This document shows positions 50,781 through 63,163 of a stretch of 64,000 nt of DNA, in pieces (the stretch's first letter is position 1; each line of letters starts with the position of its first letter). The stretch covers positions 1,472,001-1,536,000 of the forward strand of contig OZ240241.1 of NCBI GenBank assembly GCA_965198115.1, written 5' to 3'. This DNA comes from Candidatus Latescibacterota bacterium. GTDB taxonomy: Bacteria; Latescibacterota; UBA2968. The position numbers were made by a program, and so were the translations under genes. Under the pieces are notes generated by a model. It searched no databases. It was not told the DNA's origin and was given only the letters and a program-made list of their open reading frames with translations.

Positions 50781-51779
50781 TTAGCTCCCCGACATCTCCC
50801 TCGCCAGCTCAAAGAACCCCTTCTTCGTCTTCGTATTCAGTCTCCACTCTACGGGCACGGACTGGTAGCCGTCTCGATAATTGTTCTCTCCCGGATCGAA
50901 GAACCCCCACGAAGCGTAGCGTGAGACTGCGGCCACGAAGTTGTTCCACGGACGATCGAAGTTGAAGTGATCGTCCTCGTTGAACATGATGGGCTTCGGT
51001 GTGTAGCCGGCCACGTGACGAGTCTTCTCCACCATTTCCAAAATGAAGTCCGGGTCCTTGACGCCGTTCCCGTGCAAGAGCAGGAAATCTCCCGATCGGA
51101 CGACGTTCTCCAACGGAATGAATCGCCCGCCGTAACTCGTCGACACCAACGACGTCCGCCGTGGGTCATGGCTTTCGCCCGATCGATCAACTCGTGCACG
51201 CGATCGGGCTTCAGGATCTCGTGATCGAACTTTTTCACGTTGCATTCGTTGTTCACTTCCAACATTACGTGACCCTAGCCCTGTCGAACACCCACCCCAC
51301 GGTATTCTCGACCGCCTTGATCTTCATCCTCTAGCCGTTCATCCTGGCCGAAGTAAAAGCACCCCAGGATGGCCACCATCCTCAGTTCGTCCATCCGGTC
51401 CAGGACTCGCTTCATCCGATCCGCGTAGCCGGTTTGATCTCCCCCTTCGGTGTGCAACCGCTGTTTTCCCACGGCTGCTCCTTGCTGTAGCCTTCGGGGC
51501 TTCCTCCCTGGAAGTTCATCGTCAGTCCCAACACGCCGTGATCCCGATAGGTCGGCAATGCCGCAATGAACTCACTCACATTTCGCTCGGCATCCCATTC
51601 GCCCGTGTCGGGATAGGCCCACCGATGGACAGTCTCGGGGTTGGTGTCGTCGAACGTGGCCTGGATCATCCGGCTGTTCAGGAGCAGCCCTCGATCGGGT
51701 GGTCCCGCCAGACCCGGCCTTTATAGGTCACCTCTCCGTCGATATAAACCTTGTCGTCCTGGATTGCGACTGTCGTCAC
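50781..51779 (-). pseudogene. Heavily frameshifted hypothetical protein (possible TIM-barrel glycoside hydrolase-like)
   Basis: Consecutive in-register fragments across all three frames (LLLNSRMIQA, NFQGGSP, YFGQDERL, EVNNE, FNEDDH); about 5 indels. Confidence 0.78.
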
Positions 51780-53893
51780 GTGTCTGCTCCTGTCATCGCG
51801 GCCTTCACCCGGTCCGGCGTAAACGGAATCTCCCTCAGCCTCACTCCGACGGCATCGTAGACGGCGTTGGCGATCGCTGCCGGCGTCGGTCCCTGCGTCG
51901 CCTCGCCGCAGCCCAGACTCGCCTCTCCCGGCCGGTCGATCAACACCGTCTCGACTTCGGGTGCCTCCACGAACGAAAGCACAGGATACGTTTCCCAGTC
52001 CACGCTCGACACGCCCTCGCGACCGAATTCGACAGACTCCTTTAGCGTCCAGCTCGTTGCCTGAACCACACCCCCCTCGAGCTGATTGGCCAATCCGTCA
52101 GGATTGATGATCTGTCCGGCGTCACCCGCAATCGTCACGCGCTCGACGGTGATCACCCCTTCCGTGTCGACCTCCACATCGGCCACGACAGCGACATACG
52201 CCTTCTCATTCTTGTATCGCGCGAACGCGATGCCTCGCCCGCGACGACCTGGACGTGCGGAATCCCACCCGGATCGCTCGACGGCAGCCCGAATGACAGC
52301 GTGGCCCCGCTCGTCATCGAGATGGTCCAGCCTGAACGCCACGGGGTCCTTTCCCGCAGCTACCGACAACTCGTCCATGAACGATTCGATGGCGAACACA
52401 TTCGCGAAAGACCCGAGCCCTCTCAGGGCAGACACACGCATCGGACTGTCCTTCACGAAATGCTTCACGATCCGCTTCCTCGCGAAGGCGTAGTAGGGAT
52501 CGGCATTCCGATGGATACCTCCGTGGGAACCGCCGCCGGGTCTTGGATCCGGAGGCAATATCGGGTTCGGCAGGTGACGAGCGGCAAGCAGCGTGGAGTA
52601 GCCGGGCAAGCGCCGGGGCCGGCCGCTGTGCGTGTAGCTGTAGACATCGTGGTTCCAGTCGATGATGCGTCCATCCCCGTCCAGGCTACCCCGATTCTGG
52701 ACGACGGCGCAGGATCCATACGGCTCCCAACGATGCTCGTCTTCGCGCATCCACTTCACCATCACCGGACGACCCTGAGTGACACGGGCCAGGAGTGCGG
52801 CATCGAGCGCAACATCGTCTGCCCCGTTGTGACCGTAGCACCCCGATCCTTCGACGTGTGTGACCCGCACACGATCCTCCGACATCTCCAGCACGTCGGC
52901 CAACGCTCCTCTCAACGACCACGGCCCCTGACTGTGTGACCAGACACGCAGCCCGTCCTTATCCAGACACGCCACGGCTGCCGACGGCCCGAGAGACCCG
53001 TGCATCTGGTAGGGCCGGGTGTAGGTGGCCGTCAGCGTCGACTCGGCTTCCTCGGGATCCTCGACGAGAGGAACCGGATCATCCGTCGGCGTGCCGTCCA
53101 GGATCAGCAGGTCTGTCGAGGGTTGCTTGAGGAGGTGGTCGTAGATGTCCCGACTATCGAGCCTCGTCTCCCTCGTCCGCCACCGAACCTCGCTCCGTAG
53201 CACGTCGATTGCGGCGACCGCGTGCTCCTCGCGCTCGGCTACGAGGCCGATGAAACCGCCCTCCACCACGACGGACAGCACCCCGGGTAACCCGGCAGCC
53301 GCACCCCGATCGATGCCCTCGAGCGTCGCATCGCGGGTCGGTGGCCGCAGCACCCTGCCGTGAACCATATCCGGCAAGGACAAATCATGGACGAACGACG
53401 GCAAGCCGAAGACCTTGTCTCTGATGTCCCGGCGCCCGACCGGCTGACCGATCAACGAGTAGCGGTCGGTTGGTTTCGTCGCAACGCGATCCGGAATCTC
53501 ACCCTCCAGTGCCGCTTCGCCAGCCAGATCGCCATTCGCCAGCTCCTTTCGGCCCCGGTGGTCCCGAATGACGCCATCGACCACCTCCAGATCCGCAGGC
53601 ACCAGATTCCAGCGCTCCGCCGCCGCTTTCACCACGAGACGCCGCGACTCTGCCGCGGCCCTTCGCACCGTGTCCCCGAGACCCTGGATCGAATTGCTAC
53701 CCGCCGTCGTCGACCCGCTTCGTGTGCGGGCAGTATCAGCGGCCAGTACGTCGATGCTCTCTAACGGTACATCCAGCTCCTCAGCCGCGATCTGAGCGAT
53801 GGCCGTCGTCACGCCCTGGCCGATTTCTACCTTGCTCATGTAGAGATCGACACGTCCATCGTCCCTCAGTCTGATGACGGATTTCAACTTCAC
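51776..53893 (-). CDS. Xanthine oxidase-family molybdopterin-binding subunit (isoquinoline/nicotinate dehydrogenase-like)
   Basis: KVEIGQG, AAEELD, GSGCYGHNG, ESFMDE, QLEGG, GCGE. Confidence 0.9.
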   Translation of the reverse strand: MKLKSVIRLRDDGRVDLYMSKVEIGQGVTTAIAQIAAEELDVPLESIDVLAADTARTRSGSTTAGSNSIQGLGDTVRRAAAESRRLVVKAAAERWNLVPADLEVVDGVIRDHRGRKELANGDLAGEAALEGEIPDRVATKPTDRYSLIGQPVGRRDIRDKVFGLPSFVHDLSLPDMVHGRVLRPPTRDATLEGIDRGAAAGLPGVLSVVVEGGFIGLVAEREEHAVAAIDVLRSEVRWRTRETRLDSRDIYDHLLKQPSTDLLILDGTPTDDPVPLVEDPEEAESTLTATYTRPYQMHGSLGPSAAVACLDKDGLRVWSHSQGPWSLRGALADVLEMSEDRVRVTHVEGSGCYGHNGADDVALDAALLARVTQGRPVMVKWMREDEHRWEPYGSCAVVQNRGSLDGDGRIIDWNHDVYSYTHSGRPRRLPGYSTLLAARHLPNPILPPDPRPGGGSHGGIHRNADPYYAFARKRIVKHFVKDSPMRVSALRGLGSFANVFAIESFMDELSVAAGKDPVAFRLDHLDDERGHAVIRAAVERSGWDSARPGRRGRGIAFARYKNEKAYVAVVADVEVDTEGVITVERVTIAGDAGQIINPDGLANQLEGGVVQATSWTLKESVEFGREGVSSVDWETYPVLSFVEAPEVETVLIDRPGEASLGCGEATQGPTPAAIANAVYDAVGVRLREIPFTPDRVKAAMTGADT

Positions 53894-54351
53894 GACGCGA
53901 GCTCCGCTGCTGCCCGACGAATCGCCCTGATAATCCGCCAATGGGCCCCGCACCGACAGACGTGCACCTCGAGCGCACGCCGGATCTGTGCATCGGTCGG
54001 ATCGGGTGTCGTGTCGAGCAGAGCCTTGGCCGCCACGATCAGGCCTGACGAACAGAAGCCACACTGGGCCGCCTGTTCTTCGATAAAAGCGGTCTGTAAC
54101 GGATGAGGGCTGTCAGGCTGACCGATACCTTCGATCGTGGTCACGTCGCGATCCCCGATTTCTCCGATCGTCAACCGGCACGATGGTACGTCCTCGCCAT
54201 CGATCAGAACCTTACAGGCGCCGCACTGCTCGAGGCCGCACCCGAAACGCGTACCGACAAGATCCAGATCATTCCGAAGTACATAGAGCAGCGGCGTATC
54301 GGGTGCCGCATCGACGCGCCGGACTTCACCGTTGATCCTCAATCCAACCAA
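53890..54351 (-). CDS. (2Fe-2S)-binding small subunit
   Basis: FGCGLEQCGAC, QCGFC, CRCG. Confidence 0.93.
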   Translation of the reverse strand: MVGLRINGEVRRVDAAPDTPLLYVLRNDLDLVGTRFGCGLEQCGACKVLIDGEDVPSCRLTIGEIGDRDVTTIEGIGQPDSPHPLQTAFIEEQAAQCGFCSSGLIVAAKALLDTTPDPTDAQIRRALEVHVCRCGAHWRIIRAIRRAAAELAS

Positions 54352-55393
54352 GTTTCTGAATCCTCCATCCTGTTCAGCAAAATCCTTCTACAAACGGCGC
54401 GGACGCTACATATTCCTGACGAAATGGGCCACGAACCAGAACCCGAACCAAGAAATCCGCCAACAGCGAACGCATCGCCGCCTGAAGGAGGCACGGATGA
54501 TCGGATACGATCCCGACAGTCATTTCCCGCGCATCGGGGACACGACCCAGGTATTCCTGAACGATGATATGATCACGTGGGTGCAGAACGTCAAGCGGAC
54601 GTTTCACAAAGCAAGGCCCCACGAATCCAACCCAGTGATAGTCAAGGATCGACCGTGGGAAGAGATGCTCTACTTCACGACCTGCTATTCGATCATCAAG
54701 GACGACGATGGGTCTTTCAAGCTCTGGTATTCCGACTTTGTCGTGTCTCCACCCTGCGATCGACCTCTCCCGATCTACAGCCCGCCGGCGTGGTCGTCGC
54801 CCATGTGCTATGCCGTGTCCGAAGACGGTCTGCATTTCGACAAGACACCCCTCGGCCAGGTCACGATCGGCGGCGAAGACACCAACGTCATCGAATGGAA
54901 AGAGGACGTGGATGTCGGTGTGGCTTATTCGGTCATCAGGGACCCCACCGAAACCGACCCGGCTCGCCGTCTGAAGATGACGTACCTGCCCGTCAAGCTG
55001 AACGGGAACGATCGACCGTGGCCAACGCGGACGAGGTGGGACTGTCTCTGGCCCATTCCGGTGACGGAGTCAACTGGACGAGCCATTCCGACAACCCGGT
55101 CGAGCTCGTATGGGGCAGCGACGTCCAGATGCTGTCCTACAATCCGAAGGCCGAACGCTACGTCATCTACGGCCACAGCCACTACACCGCCGAGAGTGGC
55201 AACCCGAGAGTCGATCAGTGGTTTTCGCGATACTATCCAGATCAGCCTTACGGATGGGTCCCGAAGAGGGTCGTTTATCGCATCGAGAGCGAGGATCTCG
55301 TCCACTGGTCCGAGGCAAAGCGGGTTCTCGCCCCCGGGACGTTCCACAACCTCGACGATCAGTTCTACGGTCTACCCACGTTCGAGATGGGAA

Positions 55394-56030
55394 GTCATGA
55401 CCTCCGGCAAAGCCGGAGGCTTGAAAACTTGTGAACCGCTCAAAGCGGTTGGAAACCAAGCGCCACCTAAAGGTGGCGATTACCTGAAAATGTTGAGCTG
55501 GTCGAGACGCCGGTCCTCCCGCTCCTGGTTCTGGATATACTCCCGAACCGTCTGTTCATCCTTGCCAACGGTGGAGACCCAGTAGCCTCTTGCCCAGAAA
55601 TGCTGCCCGGTGAAGTTCGACCTGCGTCCCAGATAGTTCCGAGCAATGTGAATCGCACTCTTTCCTTTGATGAACCCTACCGTCTGAGCTACTGAGTGCT
55701 TCGGCGGGATCGAAATCAACGTGTGCACATGGTCGGATCGCAGGTGACCCTCTTCCACACGGCATTCCTTCTGTGCGGCCAGATCCCGAATCACCTCGCC
55801 CAGATAGCGACGAATTTCACCATACAACACTTTTCTACGATACTTCCGAACCCAAACAACGTCATACTTGCACTCCCATACCGTGTGACGTAGACTCCTT
55901 ACGTTGTTCATTAGAGAGCCTTCCTTCCGTGTGCTTTGAGCGGTCCACGGCAAGGGAGGCTCTTACATATTTCTGGAACTGTCAAACTCTGGGAGTCTCC
56001 CCGGCAGAGCCGGGGGCTTACCAAGGTTTA
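55394..56030 (-). mobile_element. tnpA: IS200-type element copy 2, intact tnpA 55480-55911
   Basis: HUH motif DHVH, YIQNQ, terminal hairpins, inserted 3' of TAAC, no TSD. Confidence 0.94.
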
Positions 56031-56421
56031 GTTACACGTGTGGTCTGCTGCCGGTCCTGCACGGTGTCGACAACACAGTCGACTCCGAGCTCATCTACGG
56101 CAAGGACGGTGTGGAATGGAACCATTTCCCTCTGGCGGGTCCCCTGATCGAGCGAGGCAGCGAAGGCAGTTGGGACGAACACATGATCACGACCGCCGCG
56201 CCGCCGATTCGCGTCGGTGATGAGCTCTACATTTACTACAGCGGCTCGGCGTCCCATCACGACTGGTGGGCGTTCGGAAAGCAGGAACTCGACACACCGG
56301 AAGCCGAACCAGACTATCGAGCCCGCCACGGGCTGGGGTTGGCCACGATCCGAGCCGATGGATTCGTCTCGCTCGATGCCGGCATTCGGGAGGGCGCCAT
56401 CTGCACGAAGCCCTTCTTTTC

Positions 56422-57841
56422 GGCTATATCCGGATCTCTCAACGAGATGAAGTGGGTGAAGGTGCCGTGGTTCCTGGCATGGGGGCGCGGTTAGAGTGTG
56501 CGGAACCTCTTCGGAATCTGCTCAGGGATGTTTATGTCTCCGACGGTAAGGAAGATCATATCGTTGAATGCGTCGAGTGTGCGGAATCCGCTGGCTCGGT
56601 TCTTGACGATTTGGACGATTCGGTTGAGGCCTTCGGCGATGGCGTTGGTAAGACGCGTGTTCACGAATGCGAGGACGCCGAAGAAGTGCTGTCGCAGGGT
56701 CCTGACGAACTTTCGCAGGGGTTCAAGTCGACTTCTGAGTGCGGACGTCGTCCAGCATTTCAGGAAGCGTTCGGCAGCCCAGGGCGCTTTGTATTCCCAG
56801 AACTGCTCGAACTCGTCCTTGAGTCTCCAGGCTCTATAGATTCGGTAGTTCGCCTTCTCCAGTGCTTTGAGTGTCCGAGTATCCCCTCTGGAGCGTGTCG
56901 CTGAGTGCCGGTAGAGGAGCCATCGGAGGCCCTTCATGGCTTTGCGCTCATCCGGGGCAGCTTTACGCCACTGGTCCTTACGGACCTCGTCAACGGCGAC
57001 ATTGAGAGCCTTGACGATGTGAAAGCGATCGAGGACCAGCTTGGCATTCGGACAGTGTTCCTGGATGGCTCCGATGTAAGCTTCGCTCATGTCGCAGCAG
57101 GCCCACTCGATCTTGGATCTCCGGTAGGGACTGAGAGCCTCTGTGAAGAACCGATCGATCGTTTTACGCGCCCTGCCGCGGCCAACCCACACCACGCAGG
57201 AGCGGTCCAGATCGTAAACGAGCGTGGCGTACCTGTGACGCTTGGCGTAGGAGATCTCGTCGATCCCGATGGTTTTGAGCCCTCGGATACGATGACCTTC
57301 ACGAAGCCGCGTGATGGATCGGTGAAGGAGATCCGACAGCGTCGAGGCAGAGATGCGCAGTAACTCGGACGCCGCCTTCTGCGTCATGGTCTGGCAGTAG
57401 CGCAGCATGGCATACTCGAAGCGATACGTCACCCGAGAGAACCGCTCCGCCCACGGAATCTCCTCGACCACACGACCGTGGGTAGGACACCGAATCTCCC
57501 GAGGATGGTAGAGAAGCCAGACCCTCCACCCGCACACCGGAATGTCACGCCACCGACGCGGATGGGGCATTGTGCGGACGATTTTACCTCGACGGCCGCA
57601 CTCCGGACAACAACAACCATTCTTATGTGGCTTTACGGCGATGACGAAGCAGCTTCTCCCCTCAAACCACCAGCTGACAACACGGAACCCCTTGAATCTC
57701 AGCAGTTTCGATAGTAATCTGCTCCCGGTCATAGGTCGCACCCCCTTCGCTTTGATTGTCCTACACACACAACCAAGCGTAGGGAACGATCTATGACCTT
57801 GTCATTCTATAGTTTCACCGTTGAGAAACCCGGATAGAGCC
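56422..57841 (-). mobile_element. ISL3 copy E, intact transposase 56491-57732
   Basis: 1420 bp, TSD TTCTTTTC. Confidence 0.96.
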
Positions 57842-58110
57842 TTCTTTTCACGTGGAGCGAAACTTCATATCAACGGCAGGTGCGATAAGAACGGGTACAT
57901 CCTGGCAGAGATCAGGGACATCTTCGATGAGCCCTGGGAGGGATTCGGCAGAGAAGATTGCGTCGCATTCGAGGGGGACGCCGTCGACCACGCGTTCGAG
58001 TGGCGAGGCAGCAACGACATCAACATGGTTCCCGGCTACACACGCATCTGCTTCCACCTGAAGAACGCCCAGCTGTTTTCGTTTCGCATTTCCGACGATT
58101 AAGCCCTCGT

Positions 58111-58899
58111 CTACCGACCATCGTAGGGTTCGAATCCCAACTCGCAAAGCCTGGAAACCATGTTCCGGAGTCTGGGTCGGTCGCTGTCGATGTAGGTCGG
58201 GGGCGGCATGAACGCCCGGTTGGTGGGCCGGTCGTAGAGACCTCTTACGAAAGACACCTGCTCGTCCGAAACGGGGTTGGCGGCGAAGTTGATGGCCAGC
58301 TGAGCACGCCCCGACCCGCCGTGAAAAGCAGCGTGGAAAATTTCCTCGGGGAAGACCACCACATCCCCCGGCCTCGACTCGATCACGTGACCGTAGAGCT
58401 CGGGACCCGTCAACCCGAACGGGCGATAACTTTGATCGAAATACTGTTTCTTGAGGGGTTTGAGCGTATCGACGAAGGGCGAGACGTGAGATCCCGGAAT
58501 GATCCGCAGACAACCGCTGTCCGCCGCCAGAGGTTCGAGATACAACGCGATTTTGATGTTCCGCAGAATACAGAACCGATCGTCTCCCCCGTGCCACTGC
58601 GTATCTTCCGCGAATAGGTGGCCCTCGGTGCCGTCGAGGATGTAGTCTTCTCCCAACAGGTCGGAGGCGATCCCGTGAATGCGGTCATCGTCCACCACAC
58701 TGTCCAGGAACGGTCGCCTCAGGAACAGATGCGTGACTGTCTGACGTTCGAGCCCCGTGAAGGGGCGGCCCTCCCTGTCTTCCAAGAAAACGTCATAGGC
58801 CTCCTGCTTCATCCGGCACATTTCCTCGTCATCGAAGAGTCGACGAAGAACGAGGAATCCGAAAACTTCGAAATGGCGCTTCTGTTCAGGACTCAGCAT
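58111..58899 (-). CDS. Phytanoyl-CoA dioxygenase (PhyH) family
   Basis: FEVFGFLVLR, GCLRIIPGSH, PGDVVVF, IFHA. Confidence 0.85.
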   Translation of the reverse strand: MLSPEQKRHFEVFGFLVLRRLFDDEEMCRMKQEAYDVFLEDREGRPFTGLERQTVTHLFLRRPFLDSVVDDDRIHGIASDLLGEDYILDGTEGHLFAEDTQWHGGDDRFCILRNIKIALYLEPLAADSGCLRIIPGSHVSPFVDTLKPLKKQYFDQSYRPFGLTGPELYGHVIESRPGDVVVFPEEIFHAAFHGGSGRAQLAINFAANPVSDEQVSFVRGLYDRPTNRAFMPPPTYIDSDRPRLRNMVSRLCELGFEPYDGR

Positions 58900-58915
58900 C
58901 CGCCCACCCTTCGCG

Positions 58916-61342
58916 TCAGGAGACCTCCACGGGCTGTCCCGACCGCGCCGATTCGTAAATCTTCTCGAGCAGGGCAACCGTCCGCCGACCTTCGTGACCG
59001 TCGACAGCGAGTGGTGTTCCTTCCGTCAGGGCACTCACCACGTCCTCGATGATACTGGCACGGGGAGTATCGAACCCGGCCAGCTTGGCTTCGATCCCTT
59101 CTCCGAACACGCGCATCTTCCCGTTCAGCACATCGTCGATCAGGACGCCGCCCGACGTACCGTGGACCTCCGCGCTGAAGTAGACGCTCTCGCTAAAGGT
59201 CGTCGTGCCCAGCACAGTGCCCTTCGCGCCGCCCTCGAAGTTCACGATGGCCAGACCGATGTCCTCGGTCTCGATGTCGTGGGCCACGATCGCGGCTTCT
59301 CCGTAGACCCGTACCGGATCGCCCATGAACCAGCTCAGGACGTCCAGCAGGTGGGCTCCCTGATTGGCCAAAGATCCTCCACCGTCCATGGCCCATGTTC
59401 CCCGCCACCCCGTGCCGTGCTCGAAATAGGATTGCGGTCGGTGCCATTTGAACCGAACCTCACCCAGTATCGGCTGGCCGAATACACCGGCCTTCAGGCC
59501 CTCGGCCACCTTCACGTTGGCGTCGACATACCGGCTCTGGTAGTCAACCGCGCACATTACGCCGGCGTCCTCACACGCTCTAATCAGGCTCTATCCGGGT
59601 TTCTCAACGGTGAAACTATAGAATGATAAGGTCATAGATCGTTCCCTACGCTTGGTTGTGTGTGTAGGACAATCAAAGCGAAGGGGGTGCGACCTATGAC
59701 CGGGAGCAGATTACTATCGAAACTGCTGAGATTCAAGGGGTTCCGTGTTGTCAGCTGGTGGTTTGAGGGGAGAAGCTGTTTCGTCATCGCCGTAAAGCCA
59801 CATAAGAATGGTTGTTGTTGTCCGGAGTGCGGCCGTCGAGGTAAAATCGTCCGCACAATGCCCCATCCGCGTCGGTGGCGTGACATTCCGGTGTGCGGGT
59901 GGAGGGTCTGGCTTCTCTACCATCCTCGGGAGATTCGGTGTCCTACCCACGGTCGTGTGGTCGAGGAGATTCCGTGGGCGGAGCGGTTCTCTCGGGTGAC
60001 GTATCGCTTCGAGTATGCCATGCTGCGCTACTGCCAGACCATGACGCAGAAGGCGGCGTCCGAGTTACTGCGCATCTCTGCCTCGACGCTGTCGGATCTC
60101 CTTCACCGATCCATCACGCGGCTTCGTGAAGGTCATCGTATCCGAGGGCTCAAAACCATCGGGATCGACGAGATCTCCTACGCCAAGCGTCACAGGTACG
60201 CCACGCTCGTTTACGATCTGGACCGCTTCTGCGTGGTGTGGGTTGGCCGCGGCAGGGCGCGTAAAACGATCGATCGGTTCTTCACAGAGGCTCTCAGTCC
60301 CTACCGGAGATCCAAGATCGAGTGGGCCTGCTGCGACATGAGCGAAGCTTACATCGGAGCCATCCAGGAACACTGTCCGAATGCCAAGCTGGTCCTCGAT
60401 CGCTTTCACATCGTCAAGGCTCTCAATGCCGCCGTTGACGAGGTCCGTAAGGACCAGTGGCGTAAAGCTGCCCCGGATGAGCGCAAAGCCATGAAGGGCC
60501 TCCGATGGCTCCTCTACCGGCACTCAGCGACACGCTCCAGAGGGGATACTCGGACACTCAAAGCACTGGAGAAGGCGAACTACCGAATCTATAGAGCCTG
60601 GAGACTCAAGGACGAGTTCGAGCAGTTCTGGGAATACAAAGCGCCCTGGGCTGCCGAACGCTTCCTGAAATGCTGGACGACGTCCGCACTCAGAAGTCGA
60701 CGTGAACCCCTGCGAAAGTTCGTCAGGACCCTGCGACAGCACTTCTTCGGCGTCCTCGCATTCGTGAACACGCGTCTTACCAACGCCATCGCCGAAGGCC
60801 TCAACCGAATCGTCCAAATCGTCAAGAACCGAGCCAGCGGATTCCGCACACTCGACGCATTCAACGATATGATCTTCCTTACCGTCGGAGACCTAAACAT
60901 CCCTGAGCAGATTCCGAAGAGGTTCCGCACACTCTAACCGCGCCCCCATGCCAGGAACCACGGCACCTTCACCCACTTCATCTCGTTGAGAGATCCGGAT
61001 ATAGCCTCTAATCAGGCGATCGCACGCCTCGGTTGATACATCCATCGGTTTCGTCGTGACGACGTGCTTGCCCGCGGCGGCCACGCGACATCCCACGTCG
61101 GCGTGCGAACCACTCGGTGTCATCACCATGATCACATCGACGTCGTCGCGGGCGAGTACGTGGTCGATGTTCGTGAGCCACTCCGTTTCCATCTCCGTCC
61201 CGACCGATTCCGCCAGCGATGCGTCCAGATCCACGACGGCGCGAAGCTCCGCACCCTCCGTGTCGATGATCGTACGGGCTCGGTTCTTTCCCATGCCCAG
61301 CCCGACGACTGCGAATCCTATCACTCTATCCTCCTTGGCCAT
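58916..61342 (-). pseudogene. Gfo/Idh/MocA oxidoreductase split by ISL3
   Basis: VVGLGMG..CDRLIR rejoins ACEDAGVMCAVDYQSR; GGGSLANQGAH. Confidence 0.88.
59587..61006 (+). mobile_element. ISL3 copy F, intact transposase 59696-60937
   Basis: 1420 bp, TSD TCTAATCA; CPECG, IGIDE, CDMS, LDRFH, TNAIAEGLN. Confidence 0.97.
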
Positions 61343-61354
61343 TTCGGGAACCGC

Positions 61355-61524
61355 CTATGAAGCCGGCACGGCCTCTGCGAGACGTTCCGCGTCGCCCTGT
61401 TCTCGTTTCAACATCCCTTCGGGGTCGACCCACTGGCTGACGACCAGCGAGACGACGGCGAGCGCCGCCCCCGCGAAGAAGATGACCTGATATCCAAAGA
61501 AGTGCCACGCGTAGCCTCCGATTA
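61355..61524 (-). pseudogene. C-terminal remnant of an MFS-like transporter cut by IS1380
   Basis: LIGGYAWHFFGYQVIFFAGAALAVVSLVVSQWV..stop; no N-terminus on the other side of the IS. Confidence 0.65.
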
Positions 61525-63155
61525 GCCTGAATTATGCATAAAAAAGGTAGTCTCCTTGTACAAGTGTTTGTTTTTCCCTACATTAGGGCTGACACATCAA
61601 AACAACACTTGGAAGGAACTACCGTGATAGAACCTAGTCAGATCCGGTTACCATTCGCAAGCATTTCGGGCAAGGTAGTTGAGGCTGATTTTGCCGGTGG
61701 CGCCGTCAGGAGTGACGGTGGAGTTCTGTTGCTTCGCGCCCTTGAGTCTCAGATGGGATTGATCGCCAGAATGGTAGATGCTTTGCGAGATCGTCGTCAC
61801 CCAAGCTATATCGATCACACGCTTTTGGATCTTGTGAAGCAGCGTGTTTTTCAGATCGCTTGCGGCTATGAAGATGCCGTCGATTGTGATGATTTGCGCC
61901 ACGATCCGGGCGTCAAGGCTGCCTGCGATCGGCTTCCTCTTTCCGGTCCTGATCTCGGGAGCCAATCAACGATGACACGACTTGAGAATGATGTGCGACG
62001 CTCGGATTTGTATCGGCTCGCACGGGCTTTTGTAGACGGGTTCATCGCATCGTATGACCAGGCACCCCCAAGCATCATTCTCGATATCGACGACACGGAT
62101 GACCCAACGCACGGTGCGCAACAATTTTCACTCTTCAACGCGTATTACAATGAACACTGCTATATGCCGCTACATATCTATGAAGGCCAAAGCGGCAAGC
62201 TCATTACGACGATCTTGAGACCCGGGCATCCGACGAACGGTAAACAGGTCGTTTCTATTCTCAAGCGCTTGGTGGAACACCTACGCGGATCTTGGCCAAA
62301 CGTGGAGATCATCGTTCGCGCAGACTCAAAGTTCAGCTCACCAGAGATGCACGATTTCTGCGAAGACAACGGTATCTACTACGTTCTGGGCCAGGGCGCC
62401 AACTCCAAGCTCAAAGCGGCTGGACAAAACCTGATGGACCAAGCGCTACGTCTGAGCGAGCATAAGGAGACGATTCGCTTGTTCTCATCCTTCTCATATC
62501 AGGCTGGCACCTACCGGCAGCCTCGCCGGATCATTCACAAGGCTGAAGTCACAAACGGCGAAGCAAATCCAAGATACCGCGTGACCAATTTACAGAGTAA
62601 TCGAGACGGCTTTATCTATGATCGTATCTACTGCGCAAGGGGACGCACGGAAGGCTTCATCAAGGACCACAAAACATTCCTTCACTCCGATCGAACATCG
62701 TGCCACAAGTTTGAAGCCAACCAGTTCCGACTCTTTCTACACAGTGCTGCATACGCCTTGCTTCACGCACTCCGATCACAGGGACTCAAGGGCACCGCGT
62801 GGACCAAACCTCAGGTCAACACGATACAGAACCGTTTCCTCAAAATCGGCGCGAGAGTCATTGAAAGCGCACGAAGAATCCGATTCCATTTTCCAACATC
62901 GTATCCACTCAAAAACGTCTTGGTGTCAATCATCACCAGGCTCGAAACGAACACGCAGTAACAACGCCGATCTATACCGGGGACAGCTATGTACACGTCG
63001 CAAAACAACACCTGTTCCGGACGAAAATCGTGACTCTTGCGACTCGTAGAGACCGCTTACGGGACCTTGGACATCCGAAGAAGCCGAGAACAAATCCTGT
63101 GCGTGATCACATCACTCCAAAACAACCTAAACTCAAATTCATGCATGATTCAGGC
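61525..63155 (+). mobile_element. IS1380 copy 3, complete (1631 bp), transposase 61624-62961
   Basis: IRs GCCTGAATTATGCAT / ATGCATGATTCAGGC, TA flanks. Confidence 0.95.
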
Positions 63156-63163
63156 TAAGACGA

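Larger units (their letters stand above)
54497..58102 (+). pseudogene. Beta-propeller glycoside hydrolase-like protein disrupted by a frameshift, IS200 and ISL3
   Basis: YAVSEDGLHF, AHSGDGVNW, ESEDLVHW, GKDGVEW repeats; MGS|YTCG and TKPFF|SRGAKL rejoin in frame. Confidence 0.8.

Noticed and set aside
3370-55020. Programmed frameshifting or phase variation as the cause of the many frameshifts
   Set aside because: Apart from the IS630 TTTTCCCCCC site, the lesions lack long homopolymers or slippery heptamers and often co-occur with IS disruption.
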